From Octopus bimaculoides (taxonomy: Eukaryota): 56,975 nt of DNA. The translations under genes and the position numbers were made by a program. Shown piece after piece: positions 36,030 through 49,270 of the stretch. The DNA lies in assembly GCF_001194135.2 (NCBI RefSeq), contig NC_068986.1:58649313-58706287 (forward strand), written 5' to 3'. Under the pieces are notes generated by a model. It had not been told where the DNA came from and did not search any database. It saw only the letters and a list, made by a program, of their open reading frames with translations. Each line of letters starts with the position of its first letter. Position 1 is the first letter of the stretch.

Positions 36030-36208
36030 AGGATATTCGACTCACGATTGTAAGGCCGTGAGTTCGATCATCGGCGACTCGTTATACCCTTGAGCAAGAC
36101 ATTTTGTTTCACGTTGATTCAGTCCACTCAACTGAAAAAAATGAGCTGTACCTGTATTTCAAAGGGCCAGCCTGGAGACATTCGGTATCATGCTGAATCT
36201 CCCCGATG
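36030..36208 (+). mobile_element. tRNA-derived SINE family C
   Basis: gactcacgattgtaaggccgtgagttcgatc (B box GTTCGA) followed by ccttgagcaagacattttgtttcacgttg...tgagctgtacctgtatttcaaagggccagc. Confidence 0.75.
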
Positions 36209-37102
36209 GGAGCTCAAACCGATTGTTAACATGAAGTAGAGGGTATGAAAATATCTTGAGCGTGTTTGAGATCTATAAATTTTAATACTATACCTTGATT
36301 AGAAGCGACGTCTCCTTCTCTCTTTCTAACTCTCTCTCTATCTCTCTTTTTCTCTCTCTTTCTCTCAATCTCTCTCTCCCACCCACTCCTCTCTCTCTCT
36401 CTCTCTCTCTCTTTGCGCCTTTCATGCGGATGTGTGTATCAATACGTATCTTCTTATCTCCGGTGGCAATTTCTTCCCTTTCCTTTTCACCTTCTTTACT
36501 TGTTCTGCGTCTTTTCTCCAGTCGCTCATGCCAAACACTTTAATGGCAACGATTTGTGATATGATCTTTAAGCTTCAGTCATATATATATAAAAAAAATA
36601 CAAACTAAAACTCGTAACTTTGATCTGCTTGGACAACATCAAAAGTATCAAGTGCATTACTGAGTATAGTGTAACAAAATACACAAAAGAATGTTCCAGC
36701 CTATCATCAGAAGTATATGTTCCGAAAGACGGGATCACCGAGAGCTAAGAAGGATTTTGCATGATATGTGTGAATTGGCGGTGGAATTGAGTAGGTTGGG
36801 TGCAGCGAGGGTTGTGGGTTGGTGAGTAGATGAAGGTCTATATGGATGTGGGCATATAGATCAACGTCCGAAAACTTAGGTGAAACTATCAGTCTTCTTT
36901 CTTCGACGTTTTTGCTACTTCTTTTCCAAGTTTTCAATTTTGTTTATTTATCTTTTTTTTTCTTTTTTTTTCTTTTTAAAGTAGTCTCTTTATCCATGTG
37001 TAAAGTTATCAGGGGTCGATGGGTGAATGGAATGCTAGTAATTGTGTGTGTGTGATGTGTATGTGTGTGTGTGCGTGTCTGTGTGTGCGTGTGTGTGTAA
37101 AG

Positions 37103-37133
<31 letters not shown>

Positions 37134-37810
37134 CATACATACATATATAAATGATCATGAAGGTATACATACTTTCGTACATATGCATATATACTTACAT
37201 GTGTGTGTGTGTGTGTGTGTATTTAAGATGTGTACGGTCACAGCAATCGTTTAGCGTGTCTGGGTCTGATCAAGCTACCAGAACACAAATAGGAAGGGGA
37301 CGCGCAAGGTTTCGGTTGAGCACACCTGTCACGGCATCATATGGATTGCTGGAAAGAGTACATTAGTAGAGTCAACAAGAAAGCATGCTGGAACTTAGCT
37401 ACAGTGATTAAGTTAGTAAGGCTTCAAGAAAATGGCCTTAATCGTCATTGGAATACGCTCGAGCGTAACGTGTGATAGAAATATAGCTCCTAACTTAGAC
37501 AAAATAATGGCAATACCTATTATTAATTTCTGTTGTTACCCCATGCTAGAGGTCAATCAGTACAAGTCATTAGTCAGATAAAAGGCAGATAACAAACTAA
37601 GCTTAACACCTGTAGACCGAACCAACCGTTTGCTTCAGTCAGCACACGATATATTCAATAATGGAACTTTATTTTGGTGTCACATAACACTAAACGTTAC
37701 ATGATGTCACACAATAAAATCACCGGTTTCTAATTCATGCTCCTATATATAATCATAAGAAATTGAAACCGCAAAGCTTTGCTTTCCTATTAAGAATTAC
37801 TTCGTTAGTT

Positions 37811-37860
<50 letters not shown>

Positions 37861-38321
37861 TGTGTGTGTGTGTGTGTATGTATGTATGTTTGTATGTATG
37901 TATGCATGCATACATGCATGTATGTATGTATGTATGCATGCATACCTATATACATATATGTGTGAGCGCGCGCGTATCTTTATGTTTGTGCACCCACATC
38001 TTGTCAACCGGTGTTGGTTTGTATGCGTCCCCGTAACTGAGCACTCCTTGCTCGGCTACAGAAACGCATAAATTTTCCAACAGGATCGACTAAACTTTTC
38101 AGAAGCTTATTAATTTCTGACACGGTCACAGTATTTCTTTTTGCAACCATAATATACTACCAAGTATATTACAAGTTTAACAATTTAGTACACCGCCGAA
38201 CATTGTGTTAGCAGTGCGATGTTCCTGAAATTCTTGGCATGAGAAATAAACTTAAAAGTTTCTTCTAAGCAGTATCCCAGCATACCTGTCGTCCTCTATC
38301 TGAACAAGTAAAATAAATAAC

Positions 38322-38368
<47 letters not shown>

Positions 38369-38791
38369 GTAGATAGATAGATAGATAGATAGATAGGTAG
38401 GTAGGTAGGCAGGTAGGTAGGTAGGTAGGTAGATATGATTGTGTGCGCGTGTAAATCCTTTCTGATTTGTAGGAAATTTGACTGTTATTTCTTGTCGGTC
38501 AAATAACCAGTCATGCTCCTTCACTGGCCCCATAGCCTTCCTGGTTGAACTCTGTGTGTGTTCGCGCACTCGTGTGCATGTGTCGGTGGCTAGGTGAATA
38601 TCTCTGTATGCACGCATGTATAAATATACACAAGCATGAAACAAACTGAGATTGTTTATCAATATCTTGTGAGGTAATCGTGATATTTAATTCTGTGTAA
38701 ATATATAATTTTTAAGCACTACATTAATTATATTGTCTGTCACAGAAATGTACTCTTTAAAAAGCTATTATCTTTGGCACAAGATAAATAG

Positions 38792-41000
38792 TTATTCCTT
38801 GACACTTATATTTTTTCCACATTAATCATTGTTATAAAGATTGCACTGGAATCCAACAGGTGAACATCCAATTACCTATGAGAGATACAAGGGATTTTCC
38901 ACCTGCAGTTAAGTTTGGATTCAAAGTCTAATCTTGAAATGTGCTGATGAACATTGCGGATCTTAGGTGGACGGGAATTTGGTGTCTCTTGAACTGAAAA
39001 AACGTTCTCAGGAATTCTCAGAATGAATACGTTTTCCTCGCCGGCACATCTGGAAAGTGTTGCGATATCACGAGCACATTAACTTCCAGTTTTATTCCAT
39101 TGGACAAATCTGATGGATCTAAGTAATGAAGGCTCATAAAATATATTTCAACTTATAGATTTAGACATTGTGGTGAGGCACATGGAGGTTCTAGGAGTCT
39201 CACTATATTGAATTTAGAATTAACTGCTTGAACTAGATTAGGAACTGTTGTCATCTGCTGTAGCTCTGTTCCTTATCAAGTTTTGCTGCAAATATGTATT
39301 GATAGCATCAATAAAATTGTTCTTTGTAGTTAATATTGCTCTTTTACATTACCACCTGTGATTCTGATAGTTTTCAGAAATGTTTGCGAAGACAATTTCT
39401 TTCAGCTCATCAAAAATTTATACTGCTATACTGACGTTCTTATGGTAGTTCTTTACAGTGTATCTGGTTCGAAATAATTATTTCCCACTTTGAATACTTT
39501 ATTGGTAAAATTGCCAAAATGATTCATCTCCGGGAAGATGCGTTCTTAGAATGGTGGCTAAATGTAATTTTGTTATACTGAAGGCCTTAATTTCACAGCG
39601 TCTGTGCCACTTGGAATATCAATGCTTGTCGGAACTTTCCTTCCAAAACTAAGGCGGCTCATCCATTATATTTTGCTTCGATAGATATCTTGCAGTGTCT
39701 TGTCTAGAGTTTATGATCCCAAATGATAATTCTTTACCCTCTTAGTTATACTAGTTTCTTTATAGATATTGACTGTAACATTTTCATTTGTTGCCAGGCT
39801 GAAAGGAAGCTTCAAATGCAGTTTGGGCCAGTTTGCAATCCCAGAAATGCAAATTTCTGCTTTTGACGGAATATTTCAAACAGGTTGGTAAGAAAATCGT
39901 TCTCACTTCCTCCTGATGCTAAAAGAGAAAATAATGAACTTTTCTGAGATTGGAAATTATCGAATATTAATAAGTATGATACTGTTTGACAAGTAGTAAC
40001 AATAGCTCATTATTTGCAAACTTGTTGATAAGGATCTTCAACATGGTAAGAAGTTTCTCACCAAGTCTCGTTATGAAGACATTGCCTGATTCCATTTAAA
40101 TTTAAGGCTAAACGATGGAAGCTCTTCCCCTACCAGAAACATTGCGTTATCTTGAATATCAAAATGTCTAAGTTGAAAATGGTATAATCTTAACCAACTT
40201 TTATGCTGGGATTTTCTATTCCAGTCCAGGTCTTGACCTTTTCTTATAAAACATTTCTGTGATTCTGATATTATGCAAGTCGGTTACAAGTATTGATTTC
40301 CAACAATGGCACAAGGCCAGCAACTTCGATGGAGGGTGTAAGTCGATTACATCGACCCCAGTACTCAACTGGTACTTATTTTATACACTCCGAAAGGATA
40401 AGGTAACTCGACCTCGGCGTAATTTGAACTCAGAACGTACAAACGGACAAAATACTGCTAAGAATTTCGCTCGGCATGCCAACGATTCCGCCAGCTTGCC
40501 GCCTTAAGTCGGTTATAAATATTCAAATCTTGCATTAAACGACCAGCAATCTCTTGTGAGACAGCTCCTTCGTACATTGTGGCCTCTATCCGAGTATAAC
40601 TTTCAAGAAATCATTGTTTGAAGCATATCTTACTGTATTCGTACCTCAGTTGATTTTGAAGTGTTTGCTGATTCTCTAATTGACGCACCTCTTACAATAA
40701 GAAGCAGTATACAAAGCTAAAACATATTTACTGGTGAGATGGATGATGTATATACTTGGAATGTTCTTCAGTCACCGGAGAACTTTGAGCTCCTTGCATC
40801 ATGAAGTAGCTTGGATAAGCAGTTTTCCAAGAAGCCATGTTTTAAAATGTCAGGATGAAAGTGCACGTACAAAGGAATCTCCTGGCACACTTTCAAGAAT
40901 TCAGTCAGAGTTGACGTGGTGTGACATATTTTCCATTAGAAGAAAGCATTGATATTGTTCCTACTTTCTTTATCTTTACTCCACAGTTTAGGAGTACCTC
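38792..41000 (-). mobile_element. Decayed Helitron RepHel, helicase portion
   Basis: Minus-strand motifs in the expected order: STLTEFLKVCQ; CILLLIVRG; SLLASGGSENDFLTNL (Walker A region); ISGIA..LHLKLP; IIIWD..LDKTLQDI; LVLEGKFRQ; DPSDLSNG; QFKRHQIPVHLRSAMFISTFQD*TL; ENPLYLS. Interrupted by a SINE. Confidence 0.8.
40295..40505 (-). mobile_element. SINE family A inserted into the Helitron, with ~18-bp TSD
   Basis: Full head to tail in reverse. Flanked by aagtcggttaYaaRtatt at 40277-40294 and 40506-40523. Confidence 0.9.
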
Positions 41001-41068
41001 TCACGTGTAGTGAATAGCCACAGTACTTCCCTAGAAGTAGGGGCTAAATATATGTATGTGCATGCATG

Positions 41069-41105
<37 letters not shown>

Positions 41106-41174
41106 NNNNNNNNNNNNNNNNNNNNNNNNNNNNNNNNNNNNNNNNNNNNNNNNNNNNNNNNNNNNNNNNNNNNN

Positions 41175-41370
41175 GCCGAGTAAAATACTTAGTCGCATTT
41201 ACATTCTTTACATACTTTACATTCTGAATTTAAATGCCGCTGGGGTCGATTCTGCCTTCCATCCTTACAGAGCCGTTAAAATATGTACCAGTTGAGCACT
41301 GGGGTCGATACAATGGACTTATCCCTTCCTAAAAATTGCTGGCCTTGTGCCAAAAATTGGAACCAGTATT
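41175..41370 (+). mobile_element. SINE family A (5' end in gap)
   Basis: acattctgaatttaaatgccgctggggtcgattctgccttccatcc...gtaccagttgagcactggggtcga...gctggccttgtgccaaaa. Confidence 0.8.
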
Positions 41371-41431
41371 CTCCCTCCCCCCATCTTCCTGCTCCTCATT
41401 TGAAAGCTTTCTAACTTCCCTCTGTTTCTTC

Positions 41432-41478
<47 letters not shown>

Positions 41479-41494
41479 TCTTTCCATGTCCCTC

Positions 41495-42658
41495 TATCGC
41501 TTTCGATTTTGTTCTTGCGAAGGTAACGGTTTTAGCAGAGGACACGATTCATATAAAATTGCTACTGACTATGCTGGTACGACATTTGATTTAAAAGTTT
41601 TAAGCGGTAAGTTAAATGTTGTGGATGCATATTCCAAACATGTTCATGATGAAATGTAATCATTCCTTTTATGCTACAATTTTCTATAATTATGTTTCCT
41701 TCACTTAATTCTCTGGGGAAAAGATTTGCCACATGTACACCTCTTGATTTGGTTAAAAATTAGATTCACTTCAATAAAATTGATTCTATTACATCTGCAG
41801 AGCTTCAAGACCAGAACAGGAAGAAATAGTTCTTCGGTGTTGTCATAATCCAGATGTTTAGCATCTCTGTGCACCCTGACCAGGAATTTAATTTGAAAGA
41901 GAACAAATGTGCCAAGCAGCTTCCGAGACACAAGGAGACACTAAAAGGTAAAGATAGTCTTTCCTCTAAAAGAAGAAGAGTATCAGAAAACAGGGGTTTA
42001 CAAACCTTGGTTTGACAACTTGAAGTTAACAAGAGATTAATACTTCCCTGTCGTCAACTACTAACCAAAATATTTAATGCACATATTAATGATCAGATCT
42101 ACCTTCCATCAAGTCCATCAAATATGTGTGCGCATCTTATATCAAGGGACCTGTTACTGCATGTTTGCTTGAAGTCAGTAAAACAGCTTCAGCCAATGCA
42201 ACAAGAGCATCAAGGCTTGTCATGGAATCTCAGCATAAAATAAATTGCCAAGCATTTGGAAAATAGCTTGCAGGTCCACTTCAGTGAAGCAACTGCTGCA
42301 TAACAATCACAAAGTTTAAAGGACCCAACACTGACAGCTTTTTTCAGTCTATGCCACTTTGATTTCTGGTGGTGCTTTTTATTTTAAGGCACCATAACAG
42401 AAAACAAGGTGCTCATGTTGAAGTCCAGTCTGACATGAGTTTTAAAATTTATAAGTAGAATTGGTAGCGTGTATTGTTCATTTCAAGATCTCCATCTTCA
42501 ACAGTTTATCTTGAAGTGTGCTTCAGAGACAGAGACAGAGAAAGGAGGGAAGAGGGATATATATATATATATATATATATANNNNNNNNNNNNNNNNNNN
42601 NNNNNNAGAGACAGACAGACAGACAGACAGACAGAGACAGACAGACAGACAGACAGAC

Positions 42659-42719
<61 letters not shown>

Positions 42720-43285
42720 AAGGCAGGTAGGCAGGTAGAGACAGACAGGCGGAGAAGGCAGAGACAGTGAGAGACAGACAGACAAACAGAAAGACTGACA
42801 AATAGACAGACAGAGAATGCTTTATACTTGGATTGCTGGATAATAATGCTCAGTGTGATGCAACATAGTCAGCTTCAATATTTTGTCTCCAACACCAAGG
42901 AGTTTTAGTGTTCTTTTCACCATGTTATAACATTGTGAACTATCATCTGTTTCATCTTGGGCTGAAGTATCATTACGACCATGTCGAAAATTTCAAGCAT
43001 CAACCTCAACAGGTGTATTCGAACATGAAAATAGGGAACATAAGTGAAATCTACCACGCGGTGTTCCTAGGCAAAAATACAAAGCGCCAAGAAATTTCGA
43101 AAGAGTATCATGTAATGTTACAATATTCATAGCATATATCAAATAACAATGCACCCAAACTCACTGTTATAAAAGGTTAGTCTATCCAGCTACTTTTTAC
43201 AGATTCCAAACAAGAAGCTGGAATTTACTTTATGCATGTGATGGAAGAGAAAAGACATTTCTGAACAGTTTATACCTTTTTAAAG
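41495..43285 (+). mobile_element. Decayed Helitron RepHel, Rep (HUH) portion to start of helicase
   Basis: WGKDLPHVHLLIWLK (HUH motif, cf. EWQKRGLPHAHIL); IDSITSAEL; LTKIFNAHIN; KSIKYVC; HLENSLQVHF; PTLTAFFSLC; LGLLDNN; GREKTFL. Split by a (GACA)n array at ~42525-42815. Confidence 0.8.
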
Positions 43286-43330
43286 TCCCCGAACATTAAC
43301 CATATTATCTATCTATCTATCTATTCAAAC

Positions 43331-43409
<79 letters not shown>

Positions 43410-44000
43410 GGCATACAAAAACAGATACACGTGTAGATTCATATACATACAATCAAAAGATCAGTAAATAAACAGATTGTTAGATAGATAATTTGATAGT
43501 AAAACAAGAGAAATTTCGATATCTCGATGGTTAGATAAAGAGACACATATTTATTCAATATTAATGTTGAGAGATAAGAGAGTTTTATTGTATACACAAG
43601 CATGAACTCATATTTATAATAGTACATACATACATGCATACACACATACATACATACATGCATACATACATGCATGCATGCATGCATACATACATACATA
43701 CATACATACATACATACATACATACATACATACATACATTCATACATAGATTGTTCAAACAGAAGTAACGCTCTGTTGAATTTGAGAACACGTTTTAACT
43801 TGCCGGATGAGAGAATCGTATAATTATTGCTGCATGGTTTGAAGAACTACCATTAGGTTATCTGTAATTAAGAAATGAGAAGAGTAAGTATGAAAAACAA
43901 AGGTGTGAAAAGTGAGAGTATGTTTGATGGAGTGGAACGTCAATAGAAAAACTAATAAAGGCAAAAACAATCTGGCATGAAGTGTATCTACAGGTACACA

Positions 44001-44081
<81 letters not shown>

Positions 44082-44640
44082 GTATACATGTGTGTTTTTG
44101 TATGTGTGTATGTATGCGTGTATATGTATGTATACGTATGAATGTATATTCACACACACACACATATTTACAACCCAGGTAAAAAAAAGTCAAGTTATAG
44201 GAGAGGAAGGGAAAACAAAGGAAGAAGAGAGAAAAGAAAAGGAGAGACTTCAAGAGCAAAATGGAAGCTATTTGGTCGAAAAGTTCGATGCATGTGACAA
44301 GGATAATATAACAGATGATAAAAGAAACGAATGATGTAAAGATAACAGCCAACAGATGGGTAGCATGTTTTTTTCGTTTTTGTTTTCCTTTTTTCGCTTT
44401 TATCGCTCTTCTAGTGCTTGGTCCTCGCCTCTTTTTTTTTTAATCTCGCTATGTCTAAAGTAAACACTGCTGACTGCAGGGTGGATGTATTTTGCATTCT
44501 AGTCCACATCGCTCTAACAGAACTTCTCAACTTAGTCATCTTAAGTCAAACATTAGACTTATTACAGTTCTTTATCATCTCTCTCTCTCTCTTTCTCTTT
44601 CACTCCCTCTCTCTTTCTTTATATATATATATATATATCA

Positions 44641-45190
44641 AAGAGCTTTAAAGTTAAGTTAGCAAAAACCAAAGTCTTAGTAAGTAGGAAAGAAGACAAA
44701 TCTCAAATCCCTTCGTTAGTTGGTCCTGCTCAATATGGCATAGGTAGAAACTCCATAAGATGTACCGGTGTTAGCTATGGACTCATATGAGAAGCACCAA
44801 TATCAGAGGAAGGTTAACAGGAAAAATAGCTTTTGTGTATGGCAGATGTACATGTACAATAAACACTACAAATCTACAGAAAATAGACTCCATCACATAC
44901 CTGTGGGGATATTTAGAAGTAGTTGATAGCTTCCGTTATCTAGCTGACCAAGCTGCTAGAATAAGAACAGGCTGGGCAAAGTTCAAAGAGCTTTTACCTC
45001 TGTTGATAGCAAGGGGCTTCTCCCTCAGGATGAAAGGCAGACTTGATGACGCCTGTGTGCGAACAGCTGTACACCACGATAGTGAAACGTAGGTTGTAAC
45101 CGCAGAGGATATGTGAAGGCTTGAAAGGAATGAAGGTAGTATGCTTCGCTGGATGTGCAATCTCAGTGTGCATGTACGACAGAGCGTGGC
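44641..45190 (+). mobile_element. RTE-clade LINE reverse-transcriptase 3' fragment
   Basis: LAKTKVLV..., LEVVDSFRYL, AARIRTGWAKFKELLPLL, KGRLDDACVRTA..SET, RLERNE..MLRWMC. Several stops and frameshifts. Confidence 0.85.
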
Positions 45191-45211
45191 ATTAGATGTG
45201 AAATGGTAGTC

Positions 45212-45400
45212 GTGACCGTTGCCAGTGTCATGTAAAAAGCACCCGCTACACTCTTAGAGTGGTTGGCGTTAGGAAGGGCATCCAGCCGTAGAAACTACGC
45301 TAAATCAGACCGGAACCTGGTGCAACTCTCCGGTTTACCAGTTCCAGTCAAACTATCTAACCCATGCCAGCATGGAAAGCGGATGTTAAATGATGATGAT
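45212..45400 (+). mobile_element. RTE/SINE-type 3' UTR tail ending in (GAT)n
   Basis: gtggttggcgttaggaagggcatccagccgtagaaac...aacccatgccagcatggaaagcggatgttaaatgatgatgat lies immediately after the RTE ORF fragment. Confidence 0.75.
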
Positions 45401-45718
45401 TATCATCATGCATACATCCATCCATACATAAATATATATATATATANNNNNNNNNNNNNNNNNNNNNNNNNNNNNNNNNNNNNNNNNNNNNNNNNNNNNN
45501 NNNNNNNNNNNNNNNNNNNNNNNNNNNNNNNNNNNNNNNNNNNNNNNNNNNNNNNNNNNNNNNNNNNNNNNNNNNNNNNNNNNNNNNNNNNNNNNNNNNN
45601 NNNNNNNNNNNNNNNNNNNNNNNNNNNNNNNNNNNNNNNNNNNNNNNNNNNNNNNNNNNNNNNNNNNNNNNNNNNNNNNNNNNNNNNNNNNNNNNNNNNN
45701 NNNNNNNNNNNNNNNNNN

Positions 45719-45763
<45 letters not shown>

Positions 45764-46449
45764 CTTCTGTTGTTTTTATTGCTATTTCGATCAATACTGC
45801 TCGTGAAGGCCAGCTATAACACTTCCATCTTTTACGAATTCTTTTATAAAGTGATGGAATGCGATTTGTGGGAGATTTGCCACTATCCCAAACTGATATA
45901 GCGACCACTTAAGACTTGCCTCGCTGAATTATGTGCCTTGGCTATATAATGCTATTCACTCCGCCTATTAGAAATAGCAGTCAAATCTGTCTTAAAGGAA
46001 GGACATATTTGCTGATGTAGTCGTCATTACGTTATGCCTAGAAAAAATTCATGGAATAATTATTAGTTGAAATACTTTTAATCATACGCCTTCTGGTCAG
46101 AGTTCAGCAAGCAGTGTTTTTGTGGTGTTTCTTTTCTTTTGGTTTTGCTACTTACTGAACCAACATCACGGAACGTATTTACTTTTCATCCTCCTATGTC
46201 CTACGTTCATATCTTGCCCAGATCAGTTTCTTGGGTCGATGCATCTTCTCCATAAATCTGGGAAATGATCAGCTATGAATACCTCCCGTAACAGTTTAAA
46301 AAGCGGCGACTTAGTCGGGCCTTTAGAGCGTCGCGACATTTGTTTCGGTGGCTCTTTCATCCTGAATACAAATCCTTCAGACGTTGACTTTGCTTTTAAA
46401 TTCTCTAGGTCAATGAATAAAGTACCATTTAAGTACTGGAGTATGTTAG

Positions 46450-46520
<71 letters not shown>

Positions 46521-48010
46521 GAATTGGCTATGTTGTATCGTAAAGAGTTTTGCAGAATGCTGCTCACTACGTATCATCCTCGAGAGAGAGAGAGAGAAGG
46601 ATTGAACGAGGGTCTAGTAACTGATATGTTACTGGAATCGTTTGCATATAAAGAAGGAAGAAGTAACTTTAAACACTCATCCCTAAAAAATGCATTTTCA
46701 TAAAATAACTTCTGGAGCGTATTGAACACGCTCAGAAACAACAAGTAAGAAGAATACATTTGTCATGCCAGATCACCATCTTTCCATAATGATTGCACCA
46801 CACAAATGTAAAAACTCAATAATAATATCATTCTAGGTCATCGCTGGAATCTGCTAAATATGGAGCCTGGGAACTTATAATCGCAAAGCGGCTCTTTTAC
46901 CTCTTCTGCAATGTCTGCGTCCACTCAATTCAAAAAGTGCCGCATTCCATACCGTATTGCTGTTGCTTACCTCCAGACCAGTCGTGAGGTATGATCGAAG
47001 GCGTTCTTACTCTGGACATCCTGTTTTTTTCTTTCTTTCTTTCTTTAATATGATGGTAGGGTGTTGTATGAATGGTATTTGGCTTATATATCCAGCATAC
47101 CAATACTTTAATGCCAAATAAATAAACTGATACATAAATAATGAAAAAAGAAAAAGAAAAACTGTACTATCATGTTGCTGTAGACTCGACCTTTAGTTAT
47201 TTTAACCAAAGGAAAGAGGATATCATGATTGAAGATTATCAGATGGCTGAACCAGGAAGGAAAAAAATAATATTAATCAACTGAAACGGGTCAGATTAGA
47301 ATCGAAACTGTGCCGCAAACATGTCTTGCCTTAAGTACTCGTGGTGAAGATATTTATAGTGTCGTTGATCAAATGTCGTTTATAGTATCGCTGATCAAGA
47401 AGGTTTGGAACCAGCAAGCTGAGGTCGCGTCTAACTTTCAACCTCCAGTTGAAATCGATTTCATTATCGTTACAGGGATTCCTCTCTTTTAAGATCGTCG
47501 TCGTCGCTGTCGTCGTGTATCATGTGCTCACAACGGGTTGAATATTATGGTTTGTTTTCATACTATCCATGTTTGTACACATGGTGGGGTTCTAAGAATT
47601 CGGTGGCTTGTAGGCTATGACGGGATTAGAACTCTGAAAACAAAGGGTTGGAATAAACACTTTAACTGTTACTGTACCTGTCAACCTCGAATGGAAATTA
47701 GCTAAAGTTGAGCTCGTCGGGATTTGAACTCAGAACTCAAAGAGCTGGAATAAATGCACGCGGTGCATTCTGTTCAGTGCTTAAACTATTCCGCCAATTT
47801 AAAATAAGCGATTGTATAGAATTCATTCAATTATCGTCGTCGTTGTATCATCATCAGTTCCTACTAGTGAACGATTATATCCTGCCGCTGTTGTTATTTA
47901 TTACCAATACTACTATGATCTGGTAGAACTACAATCAAATGGGCTCTACGCATGACCACCCCATTTTATTTTGATGCTGCATCTGGCATTATATTATAAC
48001 GCTTCATCTG

Positions 48011-48230
48011 AAGGCAGCCAGCTGGCAGAATCGTCAGCACGCCGGGCGAAACGCTTAGCGGTATTCCGTCTGCTGCTACGTTCTGAATTCAAATTCCGCC
48101 GAGATCGACTTTGCCTTTCATCTTTTCGGGGTCGATAAATCAAGTACCAGTTGAGTACTGGGGTCGATATGATCGATTATCCCCCTCCCTACAAAATGCA
48201 GGCCTTGTGCCTATAGTAGAAAAGATTATT
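48011..48230 (+). mobile_element. SINE family A, full length with TSD
   Basis: Complete head and tail. gcttYatctgaa occurs on both sides (48001-48012 and ~48233-48244). Confidence 0.9.
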
Positions 48231-49081
48231 ATGCTTTATCTGAAAAAATAATTTTGATGGAAATCTTTGCAATGTGTTTTTTCATGAGGCAGGCATTTAT
48301 GCTTGCATGATATCAAACGAGCTAGAAATAGCAGCCGAATTACATCTCCCCGCTCAAACCACACAGCACTGATTAAAAGTCGAAGAGCACAAACAGATCC
48401 TAAAGAAGAAAAAAACACAAGAGGGTCACGGCTCATTTAGCATTAACCTGTAGACTTCATTTCTCGTTGCACGAAGCAATGTAGGGGCTTCTACGTCATC
48501 GCTTGAGTCTGCTAGATATGGTGACCAAATCTCCTTTAAATTCCACTCTACCTTTCAAAAAAGGACATGTTGGATAACGTGGTCTTAGTTCTATGTACAT
48601 GGGAAAAACCAAGATGGCCGTAACTGCTGCAATGCTTTCGAACTTGGTTAGGTTTGACCTAGAAGCTAAACAACAACAGAAACTACGTCAGCAGCAACAG
48701 CAGCATACTCGAACCAATAAGGGAGCTTCTATGCTACGACTTGACTTGCAACAAATAACACATTAGCGTCTTGAAAAGAAAAGGTCAACTGGAAAACGTA
48801 GTCGTAGATATTCAGGCAGGAAGTCAAGAATGGTAACAGCAACAAACCACGGACTACAAATATTAGGAGTAAAATGATAATTTGGAAGAATCGATAAAAT
48901 TTAGGGCTGAATTGTTAAGGGGCGTCGAACAAAATGCCTTGCGGTATTTAGTTATGATTCTATGTTCTGAATCCGAACCCCACTGAGGATAACATTGTTT
49001 TTCGCCTTTCCGGGCTCTATAAAATAATATCCTAATCAAGTAGTAAACTGGATTTAATCTACTATTCCCCTCACTTTTCAT

Positions 49082-49124
<43 letters not shown>

Positions 49125-49201
49125 CGACAGCAGCAGTAGTAGCAGTAGTAATAGTAGTAGTAGTAGTAGTAGTAGTAGCAGCAGCAGTAGTGGTGTTGGT
49201 T

Positions 49202-49238
<37 letters not shown>

Positions 49239-49270
49239 CAGCAGTAGCAGCAGCTGTAGTAGTAGTAGTT
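49082..49270. repeat. Compound trinucleotide array (GTA/GCA/GTG/GTT)
   Basis: In-register mix of gta, gca, gtg and gtt triplets. It explains the poly-Thr/Ala ORF on the minus strand. Confidence 0.95.

Noticed and set aside
46970-47020. Minus-strand micro-exon ending at a strong donor (ctggag|gtaagc)
   Set aside because: The upstream acceptor region is purine-rich, and the phase is incompatible with the candidate exon at 46288-46440.
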